64,000 nucleotides of DNA from Desulfatiglandales bacterium (GCA_963667015.2 CAXXJJ010000001.1:1024001-1088000), one strand, 5' to 3'; shown: positions 48,433 through 59,213, numbered from the stretch's first letter. The notes: generated by a model not told the origin, from the letters alone. A program made the numbers and translations.

Positions 48433-48584
48433 TCATTTATTTAAAAAACTTGAAATTACGGGCAGGCATGTAATATAAAAGTGAACAATTTCACAACTGG
48501 AAATATTGAAATATTTATTATTGGTAAGCAGCCCTTTAAAACGGCTGTAACTGTCCATAAACACAAATAAAAGGAGAAACAAAA

Positions 48585-49217
48585 ATGTCAATGCTTGATG
48601 ATTCCTGTAAGAATTTTATATCTATACTGGCATCAAAAGCTCCTGTGCCAGGTGGTGGAGGCGCTGCCGCCATGGGGGGTGCCATAGGTATGGCCCTCAG
48701 CAACATGGTGGGCAATCTTACAACGGGTAAAAAGAAATATGCTGATGTTGAACCGGAAGTAATCGAATTAATAAAAAAGGGTGATGCTGTTATCAATGAA
48801 CTTCAGAATCTGGTGGATAAGGATGCAGAAGTCTTTGAACCGCTTTCAAAGGCCTATGGGCTGCCCAAAAATACACCCGAGGAAATAAAGCATAAAGAAG
48901 AGGCCATTGAAGACTGCAGCAAATTGGCCTGCTCCGTTCCAATCGAGATAATGCGCAAATCCTTTGAAGGGATCAAGATTCATGCAAGGATGGCCCAGAT
49001 CGGCACTATGATAGCTATTTCCGATGTGGGTTGCGGTGTGGTTTTTCTAAAGAGTGCGCTGATTGCAGCAAGCCTTAATATTGTTATAAATCTGAATACT
49101 ATTAAGGATGCGGATTTTAAGGATAAAATGCAGACAGAAATGGACAGCCTGATCGCAGAAGGATCAAAAATGGCTGACGAGACGTTTGACTTCGTTATGG
49201 GTAAACTAAAAAAATAA
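48585..49217 (+). CDS. fchA: Methenyltetrahydrofolate cyclohydrolase (FTCD_C family)
   Basis: LASKAPVPGGGGAAA, MVGNLT.GKKKY, D.D...F, ISDVG, N..INL; precedes folD. Confidence 0.9.
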   Translation: MSMLDDSCKNFISILASKAPVPGGGGAAAMGGAIGMALSNMVGNLTTGKKKYADVEPEVIELIKKGDAVINELQNLVDKDAEVFEPLSKAYGLPKNTPEEIKHKEEAIEDCSKLACSVPIEIMRKSFEGIKIHARMAQIGTMIAISDVGCGVVFLKSALIAASLNIVINLNTIKDADFKDKMQTEMDSLIAEGSKMADETFDFVMGKLKK

Positions 49218-49228
49218 GGAGCTTATAA

Positions 49229-50089
49229 ATGGCCGAAATTCTCAAAGGAAAGCCGGTTGCTGACGCAACAAAAGAAGAGCTTGCAAAAAAGGTTGAAGCC
49301 CTTAAGGCAAAAAACATATCTCCAAAACTTGGTATTATTCGCGTAGGCGCAAGGCCTGATGACCTTTTCTATGAAGGCGGGGCAAAAAAAACCTGCGCAG
49401 CAATAGGAATGGAGTGTGAGGTTTTCGAGTTTCCTGTTGATATAGCCCAGGATGAACTTGAAAAGGCGGTAATTGAAATAGGTGAAAAAAAGGATGTAAA
49501 CGGGATACTCATGTTTTTCCCCCTTCCGGATAACCTGGACGGCAAAAAAATCAGGGAACTGATTCCGGTTGAAAAGGATGTTGACTGCCTCACAACAGCA
49601 GGTGCTGCAAAAATTTTTACTGATGACCCCACAGGATTTCCTCCCTGTACTCCCACGGCATGCATGGATATGCTTCATTTCTACAATATTCCGCTTAAGG
49701 GAAAAAAATGTACGGTTGTGGGAAGATCCCTTGTTGTTGGGAAGCCGCTTGCCATGCTGCTTTTAAGGGAACATGCAACCGTTACAATCTGTCACTCAAG
49801 AACCGAAGATCTTCCTTCTGTATGCCAGGATGCTGATATCCTGATTGCAGCAGTTGGACGCGCCAAGATGATAAAAAGCAATTATGTAAAAGAAGGTCAG
49901 ATTGTTATTGATGTTGGAATCAATGCTGATCCGGATAACCCTGGAAAATACTGCGGGGACGTGGACTTCCAGGAGGCTGAGCCCATTGTTGCGCAGATTT
50001 CCCCGGTTCCTGCGGGTGTTGGTTCAGTAACCACATCGGTCCTGTGTAAACAGACCCTCAGAGCATGTGAGCTGCAGCACGGGATTTAA
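49229..50089 (+). CDS. folD: Methylenetetrahydrofolate dehydrogenase FolD (cyclohydrolase residues replaced)
   Basis: [43 protein letters not shown]. Confidence 0.95.
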   Translation: MAEILKGKPVADATKEELAKKVEALKAKNISPKLGIIRVGARPDDLFYEGGAKKTCAAIGMECEVFEFPVDIAQDELEKAVIEIGEKKDVNGILMFFPLPDNLDGKKIRELIPVEKDVDCLTTAGAAKIFTDDPTGFPPCTPTACMDMLHFYNIPLKGKKCTVVGRSLVVGKPLAMLLLREHATVTICHSRTEDLPSVCQDADILIAAVGRAKMIKSNYVKEGQIVIDVGINADPDNPGKYCGDVDFQEAEPIVAQISPVPAGVGSVTTSVLCKQTLRACELQHGI

Positions 50090-50105
50090 ATATCTAAGTA
50101 AAAGC

Positions 50106-50141
50106 AAAAAGGGGAATGGTTATATATCATTCCCCTTTTTT
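50106..50141. terminator. Bidirectional terminator between folD and the cyclase gene
   Basis: aaaaaggggaatg-gttatatat-cattccccttttt. Confidence 0.85.
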
Positions 50142-50170
50142 ATCCATTTTTAAGGTAAGAGGACGATACT

Positions 50171-51823
50171 CTAATCCAGCACCTCATAAACCATAACATC
50201 CGATGTTTTTCCCTTTACCTGTTTCGCTCCTACCTTTTTAATTTTAAACTTGTCTTTTACCACCTCGTATGTAGCCTCACCAATAAGTATTTTGTCAGGC
50301 TCACCGATTGATTCAAGCCTTGACGCCACATTAACAGCGTCACCAATAACCGTGTAGTCCATTCGTTTTGTCGAGCCGATATTTCCTGCAACTACCCTTC
50401 CAGTATTGATCCCTATCCTCATATTAAACTGTCTGTCAGGAGGAATTGTCTGCAGCAGTTTTTTTAATTCTTCTCTCATCTTAATTGCGGCCAGTATTGC
50501 CCGTTCAGCATCTCCCTCCTTTTCCATGGGCGCTCCAAAAACTGCCATAATGGCATCACCTATGTATTTATCCAGGGTCCCGTCATATTCGAAAATGATA
50601 TCTGTCATTTGGGAAAAGAAATTGTTGAGCAGCATGTTTATTTCTCTCGGGGGCATTTTTTCCGAGAGCGTGGTAAATCCGATTATATCAGCAAACAGGA
50701 TTGTAGCAGTAAGATCCCTCGGTTCCATGATATCATCTTTTGTCTCCTGGCCGCCCCTGAGAATCATATCTATAACCTGGGGAGAATGGAACCTTTCAAG
50801 TCTGCTCCTGAGATTTTCCTCTTCTCTTATCTGTTCATTAAGACTGGCCTGTTCAATTATCATGGCCATCTGGCTGCTGATTGTCTGCAGAAGCTGTAGA
50901 TCATCCTTTGTAAAATGATTGTCCAGTCTAATACTCCATAACTGGATTACGCCGATAATTTTATCTTTTTTCCAGAGCGGTACGCACATAGCTGATCTGA
51001 TCTGCTGTAAAAACAGACTCTGGGCCTGCTCAAGTCGAGAGTCCTGCATGGCATTTGATGTCAGCAGGGAGACCTTATCCTGAATTACCCTGTTGATGAT
51101 GCTTCTACTCGCAGTGAGTTTCATCTTTTTCTTCAAGCTTTCATTTTTACATGTAACGACAACAGGAATCAGCTCTTCTTTATCCTGTTTCCCTGTCAGG
51201 ATAAGAAATCCATAATCTGCATCAATGATCATGAAGATTAAATCCATTATTTTATGGAGCAGTTCATTAAAATCAGAAATGGAATTGAGCTGTTTGCTTA
51301 TTTCGTACAATACAAAGAGAACCTTGTTTCTCCTTTCCAGATCTGTAATGCCTTCCTCGACAATCAATCGATCTGTAGAAGATTTTTGAGTGGAAGGGGA
51401 TTGGCCTTTCAGTAAAAGGTTTTTTGAATCCTGCAGGTCTGATTCCTGGCTGCTTTTAACTATCCTTTGATCATCTGTTTCTTCCTCATCATCAGAGATA
51501 AGAACAACTGAATTGTTTACCGTCGAACAGCTTTCCTTTTCATGCAGAAATATTAATTTGTTATGGCCGACTTTTATCTGGTCTTTATCCTTCAGTATTG
51601 CTTTTTGAATCGATGAGTTATTAAGTTTTGTTCCGTTATAACTGCCGAGGTCAACTATATGATAATCGTCTCCATTCTGGATAATCTTCGCATGGTTCCT
51701 TGAAACTGTACTGTCCAGCAGAATTATGTCATTGTTGTTTCCCCTGCCAATACTGGTTTCGGCCTTGCATAGAAGATAGTCAGATGATCTACCGTCATCT
51801 TTTATAATATGGATATTCGGCAT
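50171..51823 (-). CDS. FHA-GAF-class III adenylate cyclase
   Basis: IGRG..NDI...VSRNHA, DLGSYNGT; SAMCVPL; LFADIIGFT, DKYIGDA, GNIGS..RMDYTVIGDAVNVASRLE. Confidence 0.93.
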   Translation of the reverse strand: MPNIHIIKDDGRSSDYLLCKAETSIGRGNNNDIILLDSTVSRNHAKIIQNGDDYHIVDLGSYNGTKLNNSSIQKAILKDKDQIKVGHNKLIFLHEKESCSTVNNSVVLISDDEEETDDQRIVKSSQESDLQDSKNLLLKGQSPSTQKSSTDRLIVEEGITDLERRNKVLFVLYEISKQLNSISDFNELLHKIMDLIFMIIDADYGFLILTGKQDKEELIPVVVTCKNESLKKKMKLTASRSIINRVIQDKVSLLTSNAMQDSRLEQAQSLFLQQIRSAMCVPLWKKDKIIGVIQLWSIRLDNHFTKDDLQLLQTISSQMAMIIEQASLNEQIREEENLRSRLERFHSPQVIDMILRGGQETKDDIMEPRDLTATILFADIIGFTTLSEKMPPREINMLLNNFFSQMTDIIFEYDGTLDKYIGDAIMAVFGAPMEKEGDAERAILAAIKMREELKKLLQTIPPDRQFNMRIGINTGRVVAGNIGSTKRMDYTVIGDAVNVASRLESIGEPDKILIGEATYEVVKDKFKIKKVGAKQVKGKTSDVMVYEVLD

Positions 51824-52008
51824 TTTATCCTCTTAATGTTTATTGGATTATTTCAGGTAAATGAAATAATTACAAATACTATCTTATTTCAAGGAGCATG
51901 TAGAGATATCATGGTGAGAGATCTGGTAATGTTTATAAAAAATCATGTAGAGATCACTAAATTCAAATCAGTAAAGTCAATCGGCCTGAGATAGCCAATA
52001 GGTTGAAT

Positions 52009-52431
52009 TCAATTTTTATCATTGTTTTTATCGACAGAGGGGAATTTTACAAAAGGAACGCCTTCTTCCTCTAAAATTTTTTCTTCATCTTTGGTTGCAG
52101 TTCCCCTGATATTTCGCGCTTCAGCGGCGCCGTAATGTATCTTTAGTGCTTCTTTGGTAAATCCATGGCCCAGATCTTCAAATTCATTTTGAATATAATT
52201 CACCATCTCCATTGCAAGTTTCTGGTAATCAATAGGCAGTTCATTGTTTTTTTGAACGGATCTTGAAGAAGATTTCATTGCCACAGGGGACAGTATTTTT
52301 TTTATTTCCGTGTTTTCGCATAAGGGGCAGATGATCATATTTTCAGAATCCTGTTTTTCAAAAGACTCAATGTTATCAAACCATCCCTCAAAGGTGTGCC
52401 CATTTGCACACATAAGATCAAACGCTATCAT
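52009..52431 (-). CDS. DUF1178 family protein
   Basis: MIAFDL.C..GH.FEGWF, CPLC, F..EA.KIHYG..E.RNIRG. Confidence 0.9.
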   Translation of the reverse strand: MIAFDLMCANGHTFEGWFDNIESFEKQDSENMIICPLCENTEIKKILSPVAMKSSSRSVQKNNELPIDYQKLAMEMVNYIQNEFEDLGHGFTKEALKIHYGAAEARNIRGTATKDEEKILEEEGVPFVKFPSVDKNNDKN

Positions 52432-52605
52432 AATAATTGTTCCTGTCTTGTGGTTGTGCCAATATATTAAATTCCCTGTGACACTATCAAATTCATAAAT
52501 GGTTTGTCCATAGGCTTCTTTGCCCTGACTTCTGCCTTGTGAGTTTTCCCGCTAATAGACTCATGTGTTCCGGGTAAAGGCTTCGGTATCTTTCCTGGTG
52601 ACTGA

Positions 52606-52812
52606 TTATGATTCCAGAACAAAGATTACTTCCATCCTAACCCGGTATTCAGATATCTGATCATCATTGATCGCAACCCTTTGTTCAATAATTCGTAATC
52701 CTGTGATGCCTCTCAGGGTTCTTTTTGCCCTTTCAAATCCGGCTTTGATAGCATCATCAAAACTATGCGGCGATCCGGCTATTATCTCTGATACTCTTGC
52801 AATACGGTCCAT
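52606..52812 (-). CDS. Dodecin family flavin-binding protein
   Basis: EII.GS..SFDDAI..G..RA..TLR.I, EYRV. Confidence 0.9.
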   Translation of the reverse strand: MDRIARVSEIIAGSPHSFDDAIKAGFERAKRTLRGITGLRIIEQRVAINDDQISEYRVRMEVIFVLES

Positions 52813-53025
52813 CTTAAACCTCCTTTTAGCTTATGAATGGGCACTAACAAGCTAAGCTAATCAAAAAAAATGCAAGAAATCAAATTATTTTATGGTATTT
52901 AGTGTTTAAATAAATTAATTATATTTTAATATTACTAAATAGGCATTGTAACAAAGTTGCGTATTGTCGGCTGGTTATCGGTTACCCGGTAGAAATGATA
53001 TGGAAAATACGAGGAGGATTTTCTT

Positions 53026-53706
53026 CTGAATAATAATGAGAGAAAAATACTTTATGACAGTGTTTATAAATTCGGGGTTACCTTAACTGAAGGGCAGATC
53101 GATTCATTATGCCTCTTTATAGACCTGTTAACTGAGTGGAACAGTAAAATTAACCTTGCTGGAACCGGTGACAGGCTCAGGATTGTTAATGAACTGCTTC
53201 TCGATTCCGTTGTTCCTGTTCCCTATCTTCCTGAAAAGGGTAATCTGGTAGATCTGGGGAGCGGTGCAGGATTCCCTGCCTTGATAATAAAGATTTTAAA
53301 ACCTGGTTTAGAGGTCAAATTAGTCGAGTCAAATGGTAAAAAGGTCAGTTTTTTAAAATATGCGATTCACTCTCTTCGATTAAAGGGAATAACTGCGTTC
53401 AATAAACGTATTGAGGCCCTCACAGAAGGGCTGAAAGAGTGGGGATGCAATATGGTAACATCCCGCGCCATGACAAGCCTTGAAAAAATAATCCGGTTAT
53501 CTGATCCCTTTCTTGAGCCCGGTGGAATCATTACCGGTTTTCTGGGTAAAGAGGGAGAAAAAGAACTTAAAGATATTCAGGAGGTTCTTTTAAATTACCA
53601 CCTGGTTATTAAGAATTCCATCACCTACCGATTGCCTGAAAAAGAGTCAGAGCGAACAACTGTTCTCATACAGAAAGCAGCTTTTTCCAATTCCTTTCAC
53701 TATTAA
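53026..53706 (+). CDS. rsmG: 16S rRNA m7G527 methyltransferase RsmG (apparent CTG start)
   Basis: Frame upstream of the track ORF encodes EWNSKINLAG...ELLLDS...DLGSGAGFP; VES..KK..FL; TSRA; GAGGAGG SD 8 nt before CTG 53026; in-frame TGA at 52996. Confidence 0.88.
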   Translation: MNNNERKILYDSVYKFGVTLTEGQIDSLCLFIDLLTEWNSKINLAGTGDRLRIVNELLLDSVVPVPYLPEKGNLVDLGSGAGFPALIIKILKPGLEVKLVESNGKKVSFLKYAIHSLRLKGITAFNKRIEALTEGLKEWGCNMVTSRAMTSLEKIIRLSDPFLEPGGIITGFLGKEGEKELKDIQEVLLNYHLVIKNSITYRLPEKESERTTVLIQKAAFSNSFHY

Positions 53707-53951
53707 ATATGGCCTAGATAAAAGTAATATATTTTAAAATATTATCGGCCTAAATCTTATATTTATTTTTATTATAAAGAAAAAATCCTGTTAAGAGGCA
53801 AGAAATATATGTATATGGATAAAACTTAATTAAAAGCAGTTTTTATATAATTTGACTTCTAAGGGATATCTTTTCTTGACTTTTTATTATTTGTCTTATA
53901 TATTACCAAATACTTACACATTATATGATAAGTCAAATGAAAGGAGACAGT

Positions 53952-54212
53952 ATGGCAACAGCTAATCAAATTAACTACAGATTGGGTCAGGCAAAGAAAA
54001 AATTAGCAAAGGTTAACAAAGAAATCACAGCTACAAAAGCTAATGTTAAAAAGCTTGAAGCTGCCTTAAAAAAGGCAAAAGCAGAGGAAAAAGCCAAAGC
54101 TAAAAAGAAACCTGCTGCTAAAAAGAAAAAAGTAGCTGCCAAAAAGAAAGTAGTAGCTAAGAAAAAAGTAACAGCTAAAAAGAAAAAAGCTGCTCCTAAA
54201 AAGAAAAAATAA
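53952..54212 (+). CDS. Lys/Ala-rich histone H1-like protein
   Basis: AAGGAG SD; coiled coil then repeated (V/A)AKKK units. Confidence 0.75.
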   Translation: MATANQINYRLGQAKKKLAKVNKEITATKANVKKLEAALKKAKAEEKAKAKKKPAAKKKKVAAKKKVVAKKKVTAKKKKAAPKKKK

Positions 54213-54289
54213 TTACCCTTTTAACTGAAGAATAGGGTAAATGAGTCACAGGTAGTGTTTTCTGTTTCAAGTGGGCAGGTTCCACTTGA

Positions 54290-54784
54290 TTAAAGGGGTG
54301 GGGTGGTGTTTTCTTTTTTCAGTATCCCCCATTCTTTTATCTGCTTTAACATTCTTTCCCTGTGACTTCCGGGCCAGAAATATCGATTGCATGAAGGGCA
54401 CTTATGTACCCATTCGATGTTTTGGTTTGCGGTATGCTCCGGTATTCTCCCCCGGGCGTCCTCGATTTGTACGCTCTGGAGTGGGATATTGCATCTTATG
54501 CACCTCTGAAACCAATTTTTGCCGGTTGCGGGGAGAAGACCGCTTTCTTTTAATTCCATAAGCTGATTTTGTACCTTCTCTGAGTGTATCAGAATGGAAG
54601 GCCGAAGGTCGTCTTTTAAGGCCCTGCTTCTGGTAAGCAGTATCCGTCCCTCTTTAATCAGGTTTTCAATCTCTATTTTTTTATACGAGTGCTGGTAATG
54701 GGCATCAATTCCCATTATTCTCAACCATTTTGCCAGCTTGCCCATTGTCGTATCAATTACAAACCCGGCAGATTTATCGTTCAT
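54290..54784 (-). CDS. Mut7-C RNase domain protein (PIN-like + zinc ribbon)
   Basis: FVID..MGKLAKWLR..G.D, GRILLTR, RC..CN..L, CP.C.RYFW.GSH; likely start MNDKS after GAGGAG. Confidence 0.9.
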   Translation of the reverse strand: MNDKSAGFVIDTTMGKLAKWLRIMGIDAHYQHSYKKIEIENLIKEGRILLTRSRALKDDLRPSILIHSEKVQNQLMELKESGLLPATGKNWFQRCIRCNIPLQSVQIEDARGRIPEHTANQNIEWVHKCPSCNRYFWPGSHRERMLKQIKEWGILKKENTTPPL

Positions 54785-54928
54785 GACCGGCTCCTCTCGC
54801 ATTTTTTTCATCCGAAGATGTTCATTATATTTGACTGATTCTTTTGTGTAAATAATTTGACTGATATCCGGCGTTATTATAGATTCAGTCCCTATAACTT
54901 TATTCGAAATATACATGGAATTTATTTA

Positions 54929-56185
54929 ATGCAAAAGATACTCATAGAAGGCGGATCTTCAGTTCAGGGAAAAGTAAAAATAAGCGGTGCAAAAAATGCT
55001 GCATTACCTGTTATTGCTGCCTGCCTGCTGACTGGCGGGTGGCATGAAATCCGGAATGTGCCCGACCTCAGAGACATCCAGACAATTAAAAAAATAATGG
55101 AAGGAATGGGCGTCATTTTCAAAGAAGAAGGCAGCACCCTGCATATTAACAGTGAAAACCTGAATAAATACGAAGCGCCATATGATCTTGTTAAGACAAT
55201 GCGCGCATCGATATTATTATTAGGCCCTCTTGTTGCGCGTCTGGGAAAGGCAAAAATTTCAATGCCGGGCGGATGTGCTATTGGTGCCAGACCGGTTAAT
55301 CTGCATCTCAAGGCACTGTCAGCCATGGGAGTGGATATGTTTCTTGAGAAGGGATACATCAATGCAAAAACACAGGGAATTAAGGGCGCGGATATATTTT
55401 TTGATATTCCCACTGTAACCGGAACTGAAAATATAATGATGGCAGCCGTAAAGGCCGAAGGTGAAACCATTATAAACAACGCAGCCAAAGAGCCTGAAAT
55501 ATGCGATCTCGCTGATATCCTGAGAAAAATGGGGGCAGACGTTGAAGGCGATGGCAGTGATACAGTAATTGTAAGAGGCGTAAGAGAGTTAAAACCTGCA
55601 AAACATGAAGTTATTCCTGACAGGATTGAAGCCGGAACTTTTATGGTTGCATCCGCCATGACCGGCGGTGAAATAGAAATCCTGAACTGCAGGAGAAATG
55701 ATCTTTATTCGGTCATTGAAAAGGTAAGGTCAGTCGGTGCAGTTGTCGAGGCAACGGACAACAGCATATCGGTAAAAGGACCTGATGTTGTAGAAAGCGT
55801 TGATATCAAGACAATGCCCTTTCCGGGTTTCCCTACAGACCTGCAGGCACAGTTTATGGCAATGATGTGCATTGCCAGGGGATCCAGTATTATCAAGGAA
55901 ACAATATTTGAAAACAGGTTCATCCATGTAAGTGAATTGAAAAGGATGGGGGCTGATATTGCCATAAATGGAAATCAGGCACTTGTAAGGGGACGAAAAC
56001 GCCTGCTTGCCGCGCCAGTTATGGCAACCGATCTCCGTGCAAGTGCATCCCTTGTGCTTGCCGGGCTCGTAGCAGAAGAGGGCCTGACCGAAATAAACAG
56101 GATCTATCATCTTGACAGGGGATATGAAAAGATGGAAGAAAAATTCCGTGCCCTCGGCGTGAAAATATGGAGAGAAACAAGCTGA
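54929..56185 (+). CDS. murA: UDP-N-acetylglucosamine 1-carboxyvinyltransferase
   Basis: SGAKNAALP, MRAS, PGGCAIGARP, PDRIEAGT, FPTDLQ, ENRF, TDLRA; likely start MQKILIEGG at 54929. Confidence 0.97.
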   Translation: MQKILIEGGSSVQGKVKISGAKNAALPVIAACLLTGGWHEIRNVPDLRDIQTIKKIMEGMGVIFKEEGSTLHINSENLNKYEAPYDLVKTMRASILLLGPLVARLGKAKISMPGGCAIGARPVNLHLKALSAMGVDMFLEKGYINAKTQGIKGADIFFDIPTVTGTENIMMAAVKAEGETIINNAAKEPEICDLADILRKMGADVEGDGSDTVIVRGVRELKPAKHEVIPDRIEAGTFMVASAMTGGEIEILNCRRNDLYSVIEKVRSVGAVVEATDNSISVKGPDVVESVDIKTMPFPGFPTDLQAQFMAMMCIARGSSIIKETIFENRFIHVSELKRMGADIAINGNQALVRGRKRLLAAPVMATDLRASASLVLAGLVAEEGLTEINRIYHLDRGYEKMEEKFRALGVKIWRETS

Positions 56186-56186
56186 G

Positions 56187-58619
56187 ATGTTCAGGCGGCC
56201 ACTAATTCCAGCCTTTGCCTTTTTTGCAGGGGGGGTATTAACCGGCCGCTTTATTGCATCTTACAATAACCTGTCCTTATACCTTTCCATCCTTATTCTA
56301 CTGCTTCTTCCGTTTCTCCTAATCTGCAGAGATAAAATTAAGCCATATCTTTTTTGTATCCTCTTTTTGATGTCAGGCATGTTTTTAACAGCATCCGGCA
56401 GTGATGATATCGATCTCGTAGAGTTATCCGAAGGTAAAAAAATAATAGTTGAAGGAACTGTTTTAACCCTGCCGAGGATAAATGACAGGATTAACCGATT
56501 TGAACTGAAAACGGAAAAGATTTTTATTGATAACAGGATATTAGATATAAACAGGAAGATACTTGTCACTGTTTACAATAACTCTGAAATCTTCTCCATC
56601 GGCACCAGGATCAGGCTCCCGGCATATCTTAAATCCTTCATTAATTTCAAAAATCCGGGCGCTTATAATTATGAACTGTCCATGCGGCTTAAAAGGATAT
56701 CGTGCAATGCATCTGTCTCGGATGGCAGATATATTGTCCCCATGGGACGGGGCGATCCGGGTATCTTAATTGAAATCACTGAATACATCAGAAGACCGGT
56801 AAGGGAATTCCTCAAAAATATCCTCACCGCAAGAGACTATGCCATATACAGGGCCCTGTTGCTTGGTGAAAAGCAGGGTATAGATGATGAACTGAGGGAG
56901 CCATTTAATATTACAGGCATGGGGCATGTGCTTGCTGTATCAGGCCTTCATATCGGCATAATAGCATGGCTCTCTTTCTTTATATGCCGGCACCTCCTGG
57001 CATTATCGGAAAAACTGACAATAAGACATGATATAAGAAAAATAGCCGCCCTGACAGCCTGTGTGCCGGTTATTGCATACACCGGCCTAAGCGGTTTTCA
57101 GGTGTCGGGCCAGAGGGCAATGATAATGGCTCTGACATATCTCTTTTCCATTTTACTTGGAAGGGAAAGAGATCTCTGGTCCACCCTCATCTTTTCGGCC
57201 TTTATTATACTTGCAATTGATCCGCTGGCCCTGGAAAGCGTTTCTTTTCAACTGACCTTTCTTGCAGTAACTGGAATTTTATGGCTTACTCCATACTTTC
57301 AAAAAATGTTCCCGGATCTTTCTGAGGTGTTTAAACATAATCCAATCTTTAATAAAACTTATTATTATATAACAGGGATTATTTCGGCCAGCCTCTCGGC
57401 CATGCTTTTTTTACTGCCCGTGACTGTATTTTATTTCTACCGGATCTCATGTGTGACGGTCTTCTCTAATCTTATAATTATTCCCATGCTTGGATTTATA
57501 ATCCTGCCTGCCGGTATGCTTGCCCTTATGGTTTTGATAATATCTCCTCATGCGGCAGCTTTGATATTAAAGATAGGTGCTGCAGGTATCCATTTAATGA
57601 TGTCGATCCTTGAATACCTTGCAGGGCTTCCATGGGTTTCATTTTGGTCGGTTACACCTGAGCCTTATGAGATTCTTCTCTTTTACTGCCTGCTGTATTC
57701 CATAGTATATATTAAAAAATGGAAGTGGATAAGATATGCGCTGAGCCTGTTCTTATTACTGTTGACCCTGGATATCTCTTACTGGATCTACGAAACAAAA
57801 TCCAATGAAAATCTGAGGGTGACATTTATCGATGTGGGACAGGGAAACGCCGCATTAGTGCAGTTTCCCGGAAAAAAAAGAATGCTTATTGATGGCGGGG
57901 GATTCAGGGGCGGCACCTTTGATACAGGAAAAAACGTCATTGCCCCTTTTTTCTTCCGGAAAAAAATACTGCATATAGATTATATTGTCCTTACTCATCC
58001 TCATCCCGACCATTTAAATGGCCTCAGGTTTATTGCTTCAGAATTTAATCCTTCCTGGTTCTGGTATAATGGAGATCATTCCGAAAGCGACGAGTTTAAA
58101 GAACTTATTCATATCATTAAATCCGGAGATGTTGATATCCTGTCACCGGATGATCTTGCTAAGGGCATGACTATTTCAGGTGTAAAAGTAGAAGTTCTTT
58201 ATCCCAGCGGCAATACAGGTCTGTTATCAGTGGACATGGATGATAACAGGGCGGTCAATAACAGGTCGCTTGTTATTAAAATGACATTTAAGGGGAAATC
58301 TGTTCTGTTTCCCGGTGACATAGAAGAAGAAACAGAAACCCGGCTGGTGCGGGAATTCGGAGGGGATCTTAAGAGCGATGTAATGCTTATACCTCATCAT
58401 GGAAGTAAATATTCAAGCACCAGTGCTTTTCTCAAAATGGTCAGACCCGAGATTTCAGTTAATTCCTCCAGAAAGGGCAACCGGTTTGGTTTTCCAAATC
58501 CTGAAACCATTGAGAGGCTTAACAGTGCAGGCACAAGGATTTTTCGTATTGATCAGGAGGGTGCCGTCAGGGTCGAAATCGGCCAGGATTATTTTTATGC
58601 GGGATATTGCCTGGATTAG
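56187..58619 (+). CDS. comEC: DNA uptake channel ComEC/Rec2
   Basis: DUF4131-like N-terminus, HVLAVSGLHIG, SFQL.F, DVGQG, THPHPDHLNG, PHHGS. Confidence 0.95.
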   Translation: MFRRPLIPAFAFFAGGVLTGRFIASYNNLSLYLSILILLLLPFLLICRDKIKPYLFCILFLMSGMFLTASGSDDIDLVELSEGKKIIVEGTVLTLPRINDRINRFELKTEKIFIDNRILDINRKILVTVYNNSEIFSIGTRIRLPAYLKSFINFKNPGAYNYELSMRLKRISCNASVSDGRYIVPMGRGDPGILIEITEYIRRPVREFLKNILTARDYAIYRALLLGEKQGIDDELREPFNITGMGHVLAVSGLHIGIIAWLSFFICRHLLALSEKLTIRHDIRKIAALTACVPVIAYTGLSGFQVSGQRAMIMALTYLFSILLGRERDLWSTLIFSAFIILAIDPLALESVSFQLTFLAVTGILWLTPYFQKMFPDLSEVFKHNPIFNKTYYYITGIISASLSAMLFLLPVTVFYFYRISCVTVFSNLIIIPMLGFIILPAGMLALMVLIISPHAAALILKIGAAGIHLMMSILEYLAGLPWVSFWSVTPEPYEILLFYCLLYSIVYIKKWKWIRYALSLFLLLLTLDISYWIYETKSNENLRVTFIDVGQGNAALVQFPGKKRMLIDGGGFRGGTFDTGKNVIAPFFFRKKILHIDYIVLTHPHPDHLNGLRFIASEFNPSWFWYNGDHSESDEFKELIHIIKSGDVDILSPDDLAKGMTISGVKVEVLYPSGNTGLLSVDMDDNRAVNNRSLVIKMTFKGKSVLFPGDIEEETETRLVREFGGDLKSDVMLIPHHGSKYSSTSAFLKMVRPEISVNSSRKGNRFGFPNPETIERLNSAGTRIFRIDQEGAVRVEIGQDYFYAGYCLD

Positions 58620-58690
58620 TTTGCTTCAAATTGGTGCAGAATATCATTAACTCAGTGCTGGTTTGCATTATGCCTCCGGATATTCTTTCT

Positions 58691-58719
58691 TTGACTCTCC
58701 GGTACATCTGACATATAAT
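58691..58719 (+). promoter_or_regulatory. Sigma-70-type promoter
   Basis: TTGACT-17 nt-TATAAT upstream of the 58744 ORF. Confidence 0.65.
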
Positions 58720-58743
58720 TAAAATCCTTAAACGGAGAGAGCT

Positions 58744-59046
58744 GTGGACGAGGAAGAATATAAAAAAAAATATACAAACCTGATGATTCTAAAAAGTGTT
58801 CAGGATTACCTCTCATCAGACAGTGATTCCAGCGACTCTGTTTACCCTGTTAAAATTCCGGACGAACTTTTCATGCAGGTCTTAAGGCTTGACGGGCCGG
58901 AAGGTCTGGACCGCCTCATACATTACATCTTTAAGCTGGGGCTGACCCTGTGGAATGAAAATTTATACGATAATGAATTCGGTTCACCAGCGGCATTGAA
59001 TGAATTTATCGATATAGTAAAACGCAGAGCCAAAGCCGAAAAGTAA
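58744..59046 (+). CDS. Hypothetical protein (100 aa)
   Basis: Own promoter, GGAG SD, GTG start. Confidence 0.7.
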   Translation: MDEEEYKKKYTNLMILKSVQDYLSSDSDSSDSVYPVKIPDELFMQVLRLDGPEGLDRLIHYIFKLGLTLWNENLYDNEFGSPAALNEFIDIVKRRAKAEK

Positions 59047-59213
59047 GCTTTCTGAATAAAAACCTTATATAACCCTGATAATCCGTTCATATAAATCATG
59101 CAATATCTATTAAAGTTTTCGGATAGTTATGTCGATATATCCTGAAGATTTCTTTTTTTCAGAATAATCCTTACAGATATTGATATTGTGTGACTCAAAG
59201 ATGGAGCAGTAGC

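Noticed and set aside
54100..54210. Tandem repeat or CRISPR-like array
   Set aside because: Codon repeats of the AKKK protein; no repeat-spacer array or cas genes seen in the window
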